Assembly: GCF_009914755.1 (NCBI RefSeq)
Contig: NC_060935.1
Origin: the human T2T-CHM13v2.0 reference genome, Homo sapiens
DNA length: 64,000 bases
Strand: one strand, 5' to 3'
Notes under the pieces: model-generated
What the model was told of the DNA's origin: nothing
Seen by the model: the letters and a program-made list of their open reading frames with translations, nothing else
Databases searched by the model: none
Translations under genes and position numbers: made by a program
Shown: positions 14,453-31,788 of the stretch, one piece after another
Layout: each line of letters opens with the position of its first letter
Position numbering within the stretch: position 1 is the stretch's first letter

Positions 14453-15381
14453 CTATGACTTTTTGGGGGAAGTTTCACATAATGGGAATACATTAAGAAA
14501 TGTTTTAAATAAAAACACATATAACTAACCTTTTCTCTTAGATCTCAGGCTCTATCTCCTACTGTTTCAAAGCTCTATGATTACAAATATTTTAATAAGG
14601 TCAATGTTAGTATATTATAAAGTTATGAAGTAGTCATATACTGAAAACTAAGTTCATTGAAAAATTTCCCAGAGAGATTAGGTAGAACCTCAAATAAGAT
14701 AATGTTGTTTTCTCTAAGGTTCATTTGCCTGAGATTACTGGCAATCAGGATTCTAATTTGGAACTAAATTGTCAATCCAAATGTACTAACCTGATAGACT
14801 GAGTCTCATTACCATCCTCTGCAATGTGGAAGCCTGTTAAATGTGAATTATACATTTCACAATCAAATGGTCCTTTATTTAATCTACCTTCAGAACTTGA
14901 CTTATTTTGATAATTTTACAAATATATAAGTGAATTGACATACATTCATTTATTCACAAAGCATTTTAAGAGTTACTAAAAGTGATCCCATTTTGGAGAA
15001 TAGCTTAAAATAATTTCTAATAGGCTTTTAGAGTGGTGAGATTGCAAAAGGCTCTCTTTTCTAAAATCTTTTTTATATTTTCTAAATTTACTATATATAA
15101 ATATAATATTCTGCAAACAAAATATGTTACTTTAAAAAGAAAGACTATTTTTAATATCCTGACTTTCAAATAATGGGACATTGTAAGGTTATGTACAAAA
15201 AAATAAAATATTGAAAACTTTGTATTTCTTTAGCTGAAAAGAGATTATCTGGTTAAATATAAGCAAGTGCATGCTTGAGAGATTCTCACTGTCTGTAAGG
15301 TTCTGATAGATATTTAGATCAAGGAAAATTTAACCTGGAATAACTTTCAAAAAAATCTTAGAAACAATGAAATAAACTTAC

Positions 15382-15459
15382 TATTGAAGTATAGAGTATG
15401 AACTAAAGGGGTTGTCAGGAAGATCCTTCAGAATAATATTTCTGAATGATTGAAGAAAA
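15382..15459 (-). pseudogene. RT-like exon (78 nt, phase 0 to 0)
   Basis: Acceptor ctcttgctttctag|, donor ATA|GTAAGT; SEGSS*QPL*FILYT resembles RT PQGSVLGPLLFILYI. Confidence 0.65.
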
Positions 15460-15569
15460 CTAGAAAGCAAGAGTGTGCATGTGGGTGTGTGTGAGTGTGT
15501 GTATGTGTGTGTAAGATAGAGACAGAAAGAGAAAGAGAGAGTGGGAGAATTTAAATAATGGAAGGTTTC

Positions 15570-15718
15570 CTTAGATTGAATCTTTAGGTTATCTGTTTGT
15601 CATTCTGAGTCATTCTCTGAGTAACTCCTGAAGACTGAATTACTCTATTCTTTGAATAATTGGGAATGGGCATAGATCATATTTTGAATGTCTTCATTCC
15701 TTCCTCCAAGTCACAAAT
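15570..15718 (-). pseudogene. RT-like exon
   Basis: Acceptor ccaaactgtcttag|; ICDLEEGMK...NRVIQ...RFNLRK resembles RT INDLEEG...DR..IQ...FN..K; donor degraded. Confidence 0.5.
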
Positions 15719-15818
15719 CTAAGACAGTTTGGCTATATAAATCTGTTTAAATTATTATAATTATTCTGAGTGGCATCAGGTCTGTAAATACAATGAAAAA
15801 ACCCAAAGAACTTCTTAC

Positions 15819-15920
15819 TGTCTAAAGGATGATTATGAAGCTCTATGTACATAGCTCCCATACTGCTTAACTCATATTATTACTTCATTGCTACTTCACA
15901 TTACTTCATTGCTATTTGAA
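15819..15920 (-). pseudogene. RT-like exon
   Basis: Acceptor tgtgggcag|, donor ACA|GTAAGA; NEVII*VKQY resembles RT TVRWIKNW (TGA from TGG). Confidence 0.45.
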
Positions 15921-16876
15921 CTGCCCACAGTTCATAATATAAAAGAAAGAGAATCCGTCTTACAAGTTGTATTGAGATTAGAGGTAATATTGGAATGCCA
16001 ACAGTCAGGCAGATTTTTACAATCATGTGTCTAATCAACAAAAGTGCCACGCTATTAATGAACTGCACAGACTATTTAGAAGCCTAAGACCCTGCCCCTG
16101 CCCTGAAAGACCTTTAAAACTAATTGAGGAGCTTGTATCTGGTTCACTTTTTGAGAACTTGCCCATATAAGTGATATGCCCCAGAGCTTTATTTGTATCT
16201 TCACGTTACATAATTAGATAAGTAAATCAGAATTTCTTTCTTTTAGAAAAATATAAAAATATTCAGCAATCTGAAACCACAGCCTGATAAATAGCTGGCT
16301 TTTGGAATTAAGCTTATAAAGTTATATGATTATTCATGATAAAATTTTAACTTTTGACATAAGTTAAATAAGCTTAAATAAAATTTGTTATGAATTTAAG
16401 GATGTGTATAGTGAAGATAATTTTCCTGTTAAGTAATCTTATAGAAATAGTTCAATGGCTTTCCCCCATGGCATTTTCTTACGTGTTTTTACTTTCAGTA
16501 AAATTTTATAAACATTCCACTATTCACATATTTTTTAAAATCTTGGTTAGTTCTGCTATTTTCAACCTGTTAGAAAAATCTTGGTTGGTTTTTGCTTAAT
16601 GATTAGCTATTTGAATCAGGTTTCTTTGTGGATTCTAGTTTGCCCCTGTTTCTCTTAAAAAATATATATAGATATATACTTAGATATAAAATATTTATAC
16701 ACACACATATATATGTATCTATTCATTTCATCTGGTTTTGTCAAGTTGAATTATATTTTTGAAGAACAGTTTGTCTTCTTAAATTATTGTAGAAAATAGT
16801 TGTGATATGTAATTGTACTGTTAGTAATTAAATATATCTAGGTACTTAGATGCATATGTAGGGGATTAATACTTAC

Positions 16877-17032
16877 ATTTACTATTTTTGGAAATTCTAC
16901 CATCTCACCAACATGGGTTAGGCTGGGCTTGTCCCACATCCTCCCAATTTTATCAGAGGCCTTGTCAAAAAAACTGTTAAAAAAAATTTGCAACAGGTTA
17001 GCTATAACATCAACTTCCTTCATTTTAAAGGC
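16877..17032 (-). pseudogene. Fully open 156-nt exon, RT-like
   Basis: Acceptor gttctctag|, donor AAT|GTAAGT, phase 0 to 0, no stops; KEVDVI...FFDKASDKI resembles RT VDVIYLDFSKAFDKV. Confidence 0.6.
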
Positions 17033-17175
17033 CTAGAGAACTCATAGTTCTTAAGAATAACATATTCAATTATATTTTTAATTCATTTCAGAAAAATTTA
17101 TTTGAAATGCCCAGTTTAAATGCAACTTCTTTGAACAGTACTTTCTCCCTACCACAGCAGGGATATGGTATAAAT

Positions 17176-17703
17176 CAGCAGTCCTCAACCTTTTTGGCAC
17201 CAGGGAGCAGTTACACGGAAGACAATTTTTCCTTGTACTAGGCGGTAGGGGGAATGGTTTAAGGATGGTTCAAGCGCATTACCTTTATTTGTGCACTTCA
17301 TTTCTATTATTATTACATTGTAATATATAATGAAATAATTATACAACTCACCATAATATAGAATCAGTGGGAGCCCTGAGCTGTTTTACTGCAACTAGAT
17401 GGTCCCATCTTGGGGTAATGGGAACAGTGACAGATCATCTGGCATTAGATTCTCATAAGGTGTGGACAACCTGCGTTCCTTGCATGCGCAGTTCACAATA
17501 AAGTTCCCATTCCTTGAGAATCTAACACCACAGCAGATCTGACAGGAGACAGAGCTCAGGTGATAATGTGAGCAATGGGGAGTGGCTGTAAATACAGATG
17601 AAGCTTCGCTTGCTTGCCTGCTGTTCATCTCCTGCTTTGTGGCCTAGTTCTGAATAGGCCATGTACAAGTGCCATTCCATGGCAAAGGGGTTGGAGACCC
17701 CTG
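17176..17703 (+). mobile_element. MER1A hAT-Charlie DNA transposon
   Basis: 528 bp; TIRs cagcagtcctcaacc / ggttggagacccctg; 8-bp TSD gtataaat/aaataaat. Confidence 0.9.
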
Positions 17704-17829
17704 AAATAAATTGTCCAAGAACTACATAGATGTTCCCCATTTAAGAGAACAGATCATTAAATATCAATATGTGTTGGAAAAATTCCTGAGATTTCTTCCC
17801 ACTCTCTTCAATTTAACATTCTCTCTGGA

Positions 17830-18045
17830 GTTAGTAAAGATCTCAGGCTATATACACATGATGCTGACTATGCACTAACCAGCTGTGTTACATCCTGAAA
17901 ATTGTTATCTGCTAAGCATTGTTTTCCACTTCTGTAAAATAAAAATCATGAAATCTACCTCATGAGAGTTTTCTGGGAATACAGTTAAAATAACACTTGT
18001 GAAGAGCATAATAGAGCCTTTAGACACAAAATATTAATATGTTTT
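17830..18045 (+). mobile_element. MIR SINE
   Basis: actaaccagctgtgttac...ttttccacttctgtaaaat core. Confidence 0.6.
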
Positions 18046-18109
18046 GACATAATCAAAGGAATAATGATGATGATCTTCTAACTAAAATAACAATGAAAAT
18101 TTTCCTATT

Positions 18110-18661
18110 GTGAGGTAATACACTGACCAGTCCATACCATATTTCCACCTCTTCTTATCAATGATTAATTTCACTTCTTTTACTTCTAATTTATATTGTG
18201 AGTTCTCATGAGTTCTCTCTGATCACTCTTATGTACCTCAGGGCCCTCTAACCAATATCAACTTTCTGGGACCTAAAAGTTTGAGGTCCACACCAAACTG
18301 TGATTCATACGAAAAAAAAATGTGGCCTTAAGTTATCTCTTTTGAGCAGATGTATCTCTTTCCTAACTGATAGATCCATTAAATCTCTCTCCAAATTATT
18401 TTCACTTCTCAAACACAGTGGGACACTACTCTTATTACTTGATGAAACACATTTTTTTATTATGTCTGCTCTAAAAAAGAGATGATTGGCAATACAAACA
18501 GGAAAGCTTACGTGAAGACAAGACCATATATCCCTCATCCTTTTTCTGTAATAAGATTAATCCCTAGTGACATTATTCATGAGCTTATGAAAATTTATCA
18601 TTACTTGGAAATTCTTCCTGCAAGTTCAATACCTTCAAAACCTTCATATTTGTGTGCTTCT
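18110..18661 (-). pseudogene. Long CR1-C-terminal-like segment/exon
   Basis: Acceptor ctgttttcctgtttaag|; TNMKVLKVLNL...KKDEGYMV..RKLS...IIKKCVSSSNKSSVPLC...NLRPH...VDIG*RALRYIRVIRE follows CR1 motif order KVLHLG, EKDLGV, I.RSV.S..PLY, VRPH, LERVQRRATKMIRG. Confidence 0.6.
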
Positions 18662-19071
18662 CTTAAACAGGAAAACAGAATTCCCACTCAAATGCTTTGG
18701 CAAGGACTGCTTCGGAACCATAATAATAGTTGTATTATTTTCATTCATTCTCAATTCTATTCTCCTTCTAGTTGGTAGCAGCACTGTTTCCAAACATTTT
18801 CTTTCACTAAAGAGTTTAAAAATTGATTACTGTTATGTAAGGTGGAACTCTTCACAGGTGTACTTCACAGTTGCTCACTTTCTGATAATATACACAAAAA
18901 TGTCAAAATCCTCACACCCAAATTAGAAATTCTAGAATTTAAGGATTTTGTTTTAAAGCTACAGGGCTATTCATTTTCTTACTAAATCAGTTATGAGCCC
19001 AATACATATTGTGATTAATGTTCTCGTATCATCATTATTTAGAGTTTAGAGAGAGACAGAAAATACTTCTA

Positions 19072-19286
19072 TAAATATCAATGAGATTATATGGTTTTCC
19101 TGTGTTTAGCTTATTTCACTTAGAACAATGTCCTCTAGGTTCATCCTTGTTGTCACAAATGACAGAATTTTCTCTTTTTTGAGGCTGAATAGTATTTCAT
19201 TGTGTAAATACATATATCAAAACATCATATTTTGCTCCATTAATGTATATGATTATGATTTGTCAACGATAAATAATATTAATAAT
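19072..19286 (+). mobile_element. Tiny 5'-inverted L1MA
   Basis: Antisense ORF2-end piece joined to a sense 3' terminus; TSD-like aaat(a/g)cttct. Confidence 0.6.
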
Positions 19287-19736
19287 AAATGCTTCTCATA
19301 TCTGTGCTTACTAAAGTTTGGTTCAACTATAAACATTCCTTGAAGATGGATCTAGTGTCAGTTCAGAGATATAGAGAGCTGGAAAGAGAATCACTTCCAT
19401 ACTTAAAAACTGTAAATGAATGATTTTCTTGAACCCAACATAAAGCTGAAGTCAGAGGGCTACCCTCTAACTCAAAATCTGGGAAGTGGCAGAGCCTATA
19501 AGAAGACGCATGACCTGAGCATTTGCTTACCTGAGATAAACACTGTCATGCCACATAAAGAGTGATAACAAGAATTCACCTAAAATTTTTTAAGCAAATG
19601 TCTAAGTTCTAAGTAAGATGAAAGCGTTTCAGGGCTGCAGATACAGATGAATTACACTCTGTTGCAGACTTTCCTCTGTGAATGTCCAAGCACTTTTACG
19701 GAAGAGTAGGGAGAACCATGGTAAAGCTGCTCTGGT

Positions 19737-20024
19737 GGTATTTTAACCTTTGTGGGCCATATGATCCCAGTCACGCCTACTTAGCCCATACATTTGTATC
19801 TGAAAAGCAGTTGTAGACTTCTTGATACATGGATGTGACTGTTTTCCAATAAAACTTTGTGGATTCATACATTTGTATTTCATGTAATTTCTATGTTTCA
19901 CGAATATTGTTTCTTTTGATTTTTAGAACCACTGTAAAATGTAAAATAATTCTGAGCTTCAGGCTGTACAGAAACAGGCAGTAGGTTGGATTTGGTCAGT
20001 AGGTTGTAGTTTTCTGACTACAGG
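19737..20024 (+). mobile_element. MER58B-like hAT element
   Basis: tttgtgggccatatg...ccaataaaacttt...ttggatttggtcagtaggttgtagttt. Confidence 0.7.
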
Positions 20025-20084
20025 AGATAGTTTCTCCAACATCTGAAATATTCACATTCTAAAAAGAAATGCGTAAGATCCACA

Positions 20085-20660
20085 TAATTTTCTACTATAG
20101 CTGTGACAAATTACCACAAATTGAGTGACTTAATGTAACAAAAATGTATCGTCTCACAGTGCTGGAGGTAACAAGTCTGGGCACCATGTAGCTCACTTGA
20201 GATTCTCTGCTCTGGGTTTCACTGGGCTGAAGTCAGCATCAGCATGGTTGATGAAGGCTCGAGAGAAGAATCTGTTTCCAGGCTTAATTCAAGTTCTTGT
20301 CAGAATTCAGTTCCATATAGTTGTAGGATTGAGGTCCCTGTTTCCTTGCTGGCTGTCAGCAGGAAGTCTCTCCAAATCCTAGAAGAGAATGGAACCATTC
20401 AAGTCTAGCAACACCAAGACAAATCCCTCACACACTTCAAATCTGACTCCTGCCTTACCTCCCTGAAGCATCTCTTCTTTCATTTCTCTTCTTTTTCATT
20501 TCTCTGAATTATGCTTGCACTTGGATTTTTTTTGGCTAATCTAGGAAAATCTCTTTCTTAAAATTTAGAGTTACCAAAATTAATTCCATCTATAAAGTTC
20601 CTTTTGTCTTGTAACACATTCACAAGCACAACCCTGGAGATGAATAGAAATCATAAGAGG
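20085..20660 (-). mobile_element. MLT1 (D/E-like) LTR
   Basis: acaaattaccacaaattgagtgactt...agaattcagttcc...gttgtaggattgaggtccctg. Confidence 0.75.
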
Positions 20661-20689
20661 AGGAGTAGATGTCAAAAAGTCCATGATGC

Positions 20690-20777
20690 CACCACAAGCT
20701 AGTCCTCCAGTCTTGTCAAGTTGCTGAGAGATCCAATCCTTTCACCTCACCCTTTTCTTACAGCAGTATCTCTCCGC
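20690..20777 (-). pseudogene. Exon 9 (after an 85-nt intron; 3' boundary approximate)
   Basis: Acceptor tactcctctttag|; AERYCCKKRVR*KD(fs)GSLSNLTRLED*LVVA continues the CR1 order (LE.LSYEERL.ELGLFSLEKRRL..DLI). Confidence 0.45.
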
Positions 20778-20862
20778 CTAAAGAGGAGTAAGCACAAACA
20801 TGTAAACTCAAATAAACTCAATAAACCCTTCTATTAAAACTGAACATGAGCGTGTTTATTAC

Positions 20863-20958
20863 CATCATCTTTGCCAGATAGTAGGCTGCCTGTTGAACAA
20901 TCTCACACAATGGCAACATGGATTTTACAGGTCAGGAATATAAGCGAAAATCTGTGAA
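20863..20958 (-). pseudogene. Exon 8 (96 nt, phase 0 to 0)
   Basis: Acceptor ttatttcttgtgacag|, donor ATG|GTAATA; YS*PVKSMLPLCEIVQQAAYYLAKMM resembles CR1 WSP..KKDI.LLERVQRRATKM. Confidence 0.6.
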
Positions 20959-21425
20959 CTGTCACAAGAAATAATTTTAGTAAACAGCTCTTAAATGTAC
21001 CAAAAATATCATTTTGCACTCCAACTAAACAGTTAGCAAGGGTCATTATAACTGTACTGCTGGAAATAAAACAGCTGTAACGGTGAGAATTTATGAGTGC
21101 CTCTCTAGTTTGGGTTTCTAAAATGACCTGTAATGATTTTTAGGCCAGCTGAGGTTTCATGGACCAACTAAATTGAAAGCAACAAATGAAAGTTAACTCC
21201 TAGCTTTGTTTTATCTAGGTATTCTGTAGAGTCAGATAATTTGTTTCTAAATTACACTGTATGCCACAGTGATGAGAATAATTCTAAATATATTATAGTT
21301 TCCAACTACATACATATTTTTGATTACAGAAGAGTAATGTTATAGAGAATGATCGCATGGTAGAACATAAAGAGCATTGTGAAAAATTAGTTCTGTTTTC
21401 CTTTATGGCCTTGGATAAATCTCAC

Positions 21426-21508
21426 ACAGTCTGGACCTCTATTTTCTGACCCATAAAACTAGAATGACACCTTGTATTCACAATATGCTTCCCAATAAAA
21501 CTTTTAAG
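21426..21508 (-). pseudogene. Exon 7 (83 nt, one frameshift)
   Basis: Acceptor caaatgtacag|, donor TGT|GTGAGA; LKSFIGKHI(fs)EYKVSF* resembles CR1 YKALVRPHLEYCVQFW. Confidence 0.5.
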
Positions 21509-21649
21509 CTGTACATTTGAGGATAAAGCACTCATAAGCACATTGAACAAGTCAGACATAATTACAATGCAATCAGTGCTTAGAGTATAATGATATCTCC
21601 TAGTGTCTATGAAAATATTCACAATGAATACAGTGTTCATTGGGTTGAC

Positions 21650-21888
21650 CTTCAGCTTGTGTCTGTGTAGAATTCTTTGCTCTCCATATCCCACTCCCTC
21701 ATATACTCATTAAGCAATATTCTTTCATGGTCCAGTAAACATGTTTGCTTTTTGATGCAGACTTAACAGGGTGCTGTGCCTCTTACTTCCTCTTAGCAGT
21801 TATACCCTGCTTTATGACCCACTGGGCCCTAAATTTATTACCTGACATTTGTCATTGCAGCAGATGTGTATTTGAGTGTGTCTCCATA
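21650..21888 (-). pseudogene. Exon 6 (239 nt; acceptor apparently mutated AG to TG)
   Basis: WRHTQIHICCNDKCQVINLGP...HQKANMFTG resembles CR1 W..N.M.FN.DKCKVLHLG...KKAN.ILG; weak donor AAG|GTCAAC. Confidence 0.5.
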
Positions 21889-22016
21889 CATAGAAGTAAA
21901 TAATTTATGAAACAGAAGTATGCACATCAATTGAGATTTTAAAAAATGTCTAAAATGTTGCTTTCCAAAAAATGACTTAGCATAATTGTCACTTGGTGAG
22001 GATAATCTTAAGAAAT

Positions 22017-22283
<267 letters not shown>

Positions 22284-22329
22284 TTAATTTTGTGTAATTC
22301 ACAGTTGATATCTGTGTAAGTGTATTTAC

Positions 22330-22483
22330 TTTTAATGATTCCTAGGTGATTCTGAGGTCACTCCAGGTGGAAGCCATCATTCCAGGTTTTCTCTTTCTGA
22401 TTTTATAGAATATACAGATGCTTGGTGCCAGCATTCAAGGTCTTTATTTTTCCTGAATATAGTTTTGATGTTTTATTAACAGT
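22330..22483 (-). pseudogene. Exon 5 (154 nt)
   Basis: Acceptor ccattggtcattttag|, donor AAA|GTAAAT; EKTWNDGFHLE*PQNHLGIIK aligns without gaps to CR1 DRTRSNGFKLQEGRFRLDIRK. Confidence 0.6.
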
Positions 22484-22957
22484 CTAAAATGACCAATGGT
22501 GGAGGAGCAAAAAGGTTTTAAATGACAGAACAAACAACTCCAATTTTCTATTTTTTTACTGTAACAGATTTATAAGTAATTCATTAAAACAATCTAAAAA
22601 TTCAAAAACAAAATATTCAATTACATGGAAATTTTACTTTTATCCATTCATTTCAGGATTTATTAAACAGTTGAATTATTAAATACAAATGGCATCTACT
22701 TCACAATATGTTCATAGAGAATCAGATTATTACTAAATATGATGTCAGTAGGACTGAATTTTGAGGGACATGTGTTTATAATTACTATATTATTCTGAAC
22801 TCCATGTAATCAGGAAAACATGTTTATATGTGCATATCTAGATGCGTTTATATACGGTTATGCATATATAAATGTATAATATATCTGTGTTAAACACATA
22901 AATGCAAAGCTGGTACTTAAGAAAATCATGAAGATGACATGTGACTTTGTCACTTAC

Positions 22958-23075
22958 TTATTTCCCAGATTAGTGCACTTCTGGAAATGCACCTCCTAAG
23001 TTTCACTTTTCCCAGATGCTTATAAACTCTATTTTTCATATATGGTCTTGCTTTCTTTCATCTGTCATCTTTTCC
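22958..23075 (-). pseudogene. Exon 4 (118 nt, phase 0 to 1)
   Basis: Acceptor tcatcttag|, donor TAA|GTAAGT; GKDDR*KKARPYMKNRVYKHLGKVKLRRCISRSALIWEI resembles CR1 SYEERL.ELG..LEKRRLRGDLI. Confidence 0.6.
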
Positions 23076-23285
23076 CTAAGATGATAACTTTCTAAGCTCG
23101 GTAGCAAATTTTAGAATATTAAAAGGGAGAATCTTACAGAAAAAATATTCCATAGTCATGAAATTTTAGGTACTATAAATTTAGGTACTAAAAGACTTTA
23201 ACCTCAGTAATTGCTGACACCTCTCCATTCTCTTTCGTGGAGAGGGCTCAGTAATTATGAAGGTTAAAGTCTTTTCCAGACTCAC

Positions 23286-23404
23286 AGAGTCCATATCTAT
23301 TATACCAGTATCCTTAAACTTTGTTCCATAGTGAATTTTTTAAATCTCAATTTCAGTCTTTTCTTAATTTTTCTAAACTTTCAGTATCTTGTAGTAGTTA
23401 CCAA
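23286..23404 (-). pseudogene. Exon 3 (119 nt, phase 1 to 0)
   Basis: Acceptor ttctactttttcattag|, donor TCT|GTGAGT; V*KN*EKTEIEI*KIHYGTKFKDTGIIDMDS aligns without gaps to CR1 VQRRATKMVKGLE.LSYEERLKELGLFSLEK. Confidence 0.65.
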
Positions 23405-23544
23405 CTAATGAAAAAGTAGAAAACAAATAGTAAGCATAATGTTCAACTAGCCCTTCTTAATGGAGAGTATCAAGTGCATAACACCTTCCAGGCACTGTGC
23501 CACCAGGACACCTTCACAAAAAACTGGAGTAACTATTGATTGGA

Positions 23545-25410
<1,866 letters not shown>

Positions 25411-25542
25411 AAAATCAATATTTTAATTGTTTCTAACTGCAGGCATTGACATCAGCATTGTGAAATTGTCTTCAAACTTCTAATCACTTTGTGTGCTGTT
25501 TAATGACCCCAGCTCAGAAGACACTGAGAAGGAAATGCTTAC

Positions 25543-25817
25543 TTTCCCTCACCAACTGGAAACCTTAAAGTAGTGATTACTGGAGCCCAAGGACGTTTTT
25601 ATGCTGTCAGCATCCCCAGGCCAACTGGTTTTCTCTGGCTCCAAGTATCCTAAAATCCTACACTTGAGACAGAGGACATTGAGGGTGAAACATTGCTGTG
25701 ATTGACACAGCTTTTTATGAGGACAGTGCTTGGTGACAATTCCCTCCTTGTCTATTTCCTCTTTATTTTGTACCTCTGTGATCTCCTCGCTATGACTAAG
25801 GCTGGAGGGCAAAGCAC
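25543..25817 (-). pseudogene. Exon 2, CR1 ORF2 C-terminal-like
   Basis: Acceptor cctttttatttcaaag|GT, donor AAA|GTAAGC; GALPSSL...DKEGIV...HKKLCQSQQC...RILGYL resembles CR1 EKDLGV.VD.KL.MSQQC...ILGCI. Confidence 0.65.
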
Positions 25818-26038
25818 CTTTGAAATAAAAAGGTTTTGGTCTCTCACTGGGGGAGTTCTGAAATTTCCCACAAGGAGCTGGGACAAATAAAAACCATCCT
25901 TGTTTTCCCAAGGCCCAGGTCTCAGGAGACGCGTGCAGTTAAAATGCTAGTCCTTGGTCCCCACTGGTGGCCCACTGTAGGACCAACCTCACCCCGGCAG
26001 CGCTCCTGGGCTCAGGTCACTCATGCTCCTGGACTCAC

Positions 26039-26089
26039 CTGGTGCTGAGGAACAGCACAGGCAGGAGAGGCAGCAGGGCTGACTTTCAT
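26039..26089 (-). pseudogene. Exon 1: signal-peptide-like, frameshifted
   Basis: gtggcATGAAAG TCA GCC CTG CTG CCT CTC CTG CCT GTG CTG TTC CTC AGC ACC AG|GTGAGT reads MK(fs)SALLPLLPVLFLST; G at -3, strong donor, GC/CpG-rich context. Confidence 0.6.
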
Positions 26090-26123
26090 GCCACTGCCTG
26101 CCGGTCCCTCCTTCCCTCGCTGC

Positions 26124-29502
<3,379 letters not shown>

Positions 29503-31265
29503 AGTATTCTAATTAGAAATGCATAATGATCCCCGTAATATGACAGTGGAAGTACAGCAGGAGTAAGCAGCATCTAGAAATGAACCTTGAGACTCTAATG
29601 CCATTGCAAGCTTCTTGACCGGTAAACGTGGACTAGAAAAAAAGTTTAAAAATGATACAAACATCTGCCATTTTGAAGATTCTTGATCTTCCTCTGACTT
29701 CAATCTGTGCTCCCACTAGCCTCTGCCAGGGGCTTGAAGTTGGAGAGTGGAGTTTATCCACCTACAAGGGTCCTTTTCCTCAGGGTGACACTCAGTCGGG
29801 AGACCTAAATAAAAATTACTCAACAGGATAACAGTAATTAACTCAGAGTGGTGGGATTGGAAGGAGGAGGAATTTACTTGTCTTTTTTTTTTTCCTAAAT
29901 TTTTCTTGGGAATGAAGAACTCCACCAACTGTAATTTGAAAAATATACACATAAAATGGCATTTTTTTTCATACAATGTTTTACATAATTCTGGAAACTA
30001 GAACCACCTTCACCTACTGAAATGTACAACCCAGAAATTGTAAGATGCGGTCTATTTGGGGATTCTGGCAAAATATTCAGGGTAAATTCATGTTTGTAAA
30101 CCAGGTCCTCACACATTATATCATTGGTTCCTCATAATACTCAGCCCAGTGAATTAGGGATTAATAGTATTAGCTGTTGTAGACATGAGAAAACCAAGCC
30201 TCATCAATATTTGTGGTTGATTAGCAGAGGAAAAAAAATAACAGATTTCTGGCTGTCCTGAATCATCAGCTCTTCTGCTGAAAATGTTTCATCTAGTCCA
30301 GGGCTTGGTTCAAAATTGCAGTTCAGTGAAACTTGGAATGAACAGAAGAAATGAAGGTCAAAAACAAGCTGATCTCTGGAAATTCCTGTCTGTAGAGTTC
30401 AGCTTATATTCTTCATCTTAGGGGCAAGATATTTATAAAGCAATTTTAAGAACAGTGTCCCTTGTAGTCTAAATTTTTAAAAAAATATTATTTGTAGGAG
30501 AAAAAAATATTTGTGACCTTTATTATTAAAATGATATGCATTTTAAAACCAATCCTTAAAGTTTCTGTTCTTAATAAATTGAAATGTCAGACATTTGTAT
30601 GGGACAAAAAATACTGCTTTAATACTCCATGTTATTAAAATTCGAGTAATAGAAGCTTGTGTGACCTAGATACCAGTCCCTTCAGCAACAGTAAAACTGA
30701 CAGCAAATAAAACTAGGCATGTAAAAGTCAACATGCTTGGGAAGTGTGTGTCGTTTGGAGGAAAAAGAAACGACATCATGCTTTGCTAAAACAGAGCTCT
30801 CACCCCAAAGCGGAGTGGGAAGTATTTTTCGGTTTGCTCTTAATGGGGTTTTCTAACAACGCTGCTTAGTTTGGAAGATGATGTTTTAAGATGGAAGTAC
30901 AACAAGGACATATGGATTCTTGGTTATAAGAAAAAGAATTGCTAGGAAATGACATTCACATTTTTGGGACACCTTTTTTGCATGTTAAGATAGTACTTAT
31001 CATCTCATATCCCCATTGAGAAGCCAAGTGTGCTAGTTATTTTTATTATTCTCTTACTTAGAAGTTGAGGGGAGGCTCAGGGAGGCCACGTAACTTGCTA
31101 AAGATCACTCTGTAACTAATACAGTGGAGATGGAATTCACATTCGGTCTGCATTAGTCTCACTCTAAAACTTATGCTTTCTTGAGGAACACTGTACAGGG
31201 AAAGATCTTTTCTTATAATGTATTATTCTTTTTTTAAATACCTAAGTAAGGAAAGATATTTCACA

Positions 31266-31788
<523 letters not shown>

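Noticed and set aside
18466-18511. Apparent 41-46 nt intron (similar cases at 21750-21786 and 15357-15381)
   Set aside because: Too short for typical human introns; at the first two sites the CR1-like frame reads through, so exon boundaries there are left uncertain
25549-25911. Cys-rich 120-aa ORF as a WAP/TNFR/defensin domain
   Set aside because: Cys spacing fits none of these; KL..SQQC..ILG is better explained by CR1 ORF2
26039-26089. MKVS.AA start resembling CC-chemokine signal peptides
   Set aside because: The in-frame reading (MKVSPAASPACAVPQHQ) is not hydrophobic, and no chemokine CC/CXC exon follows
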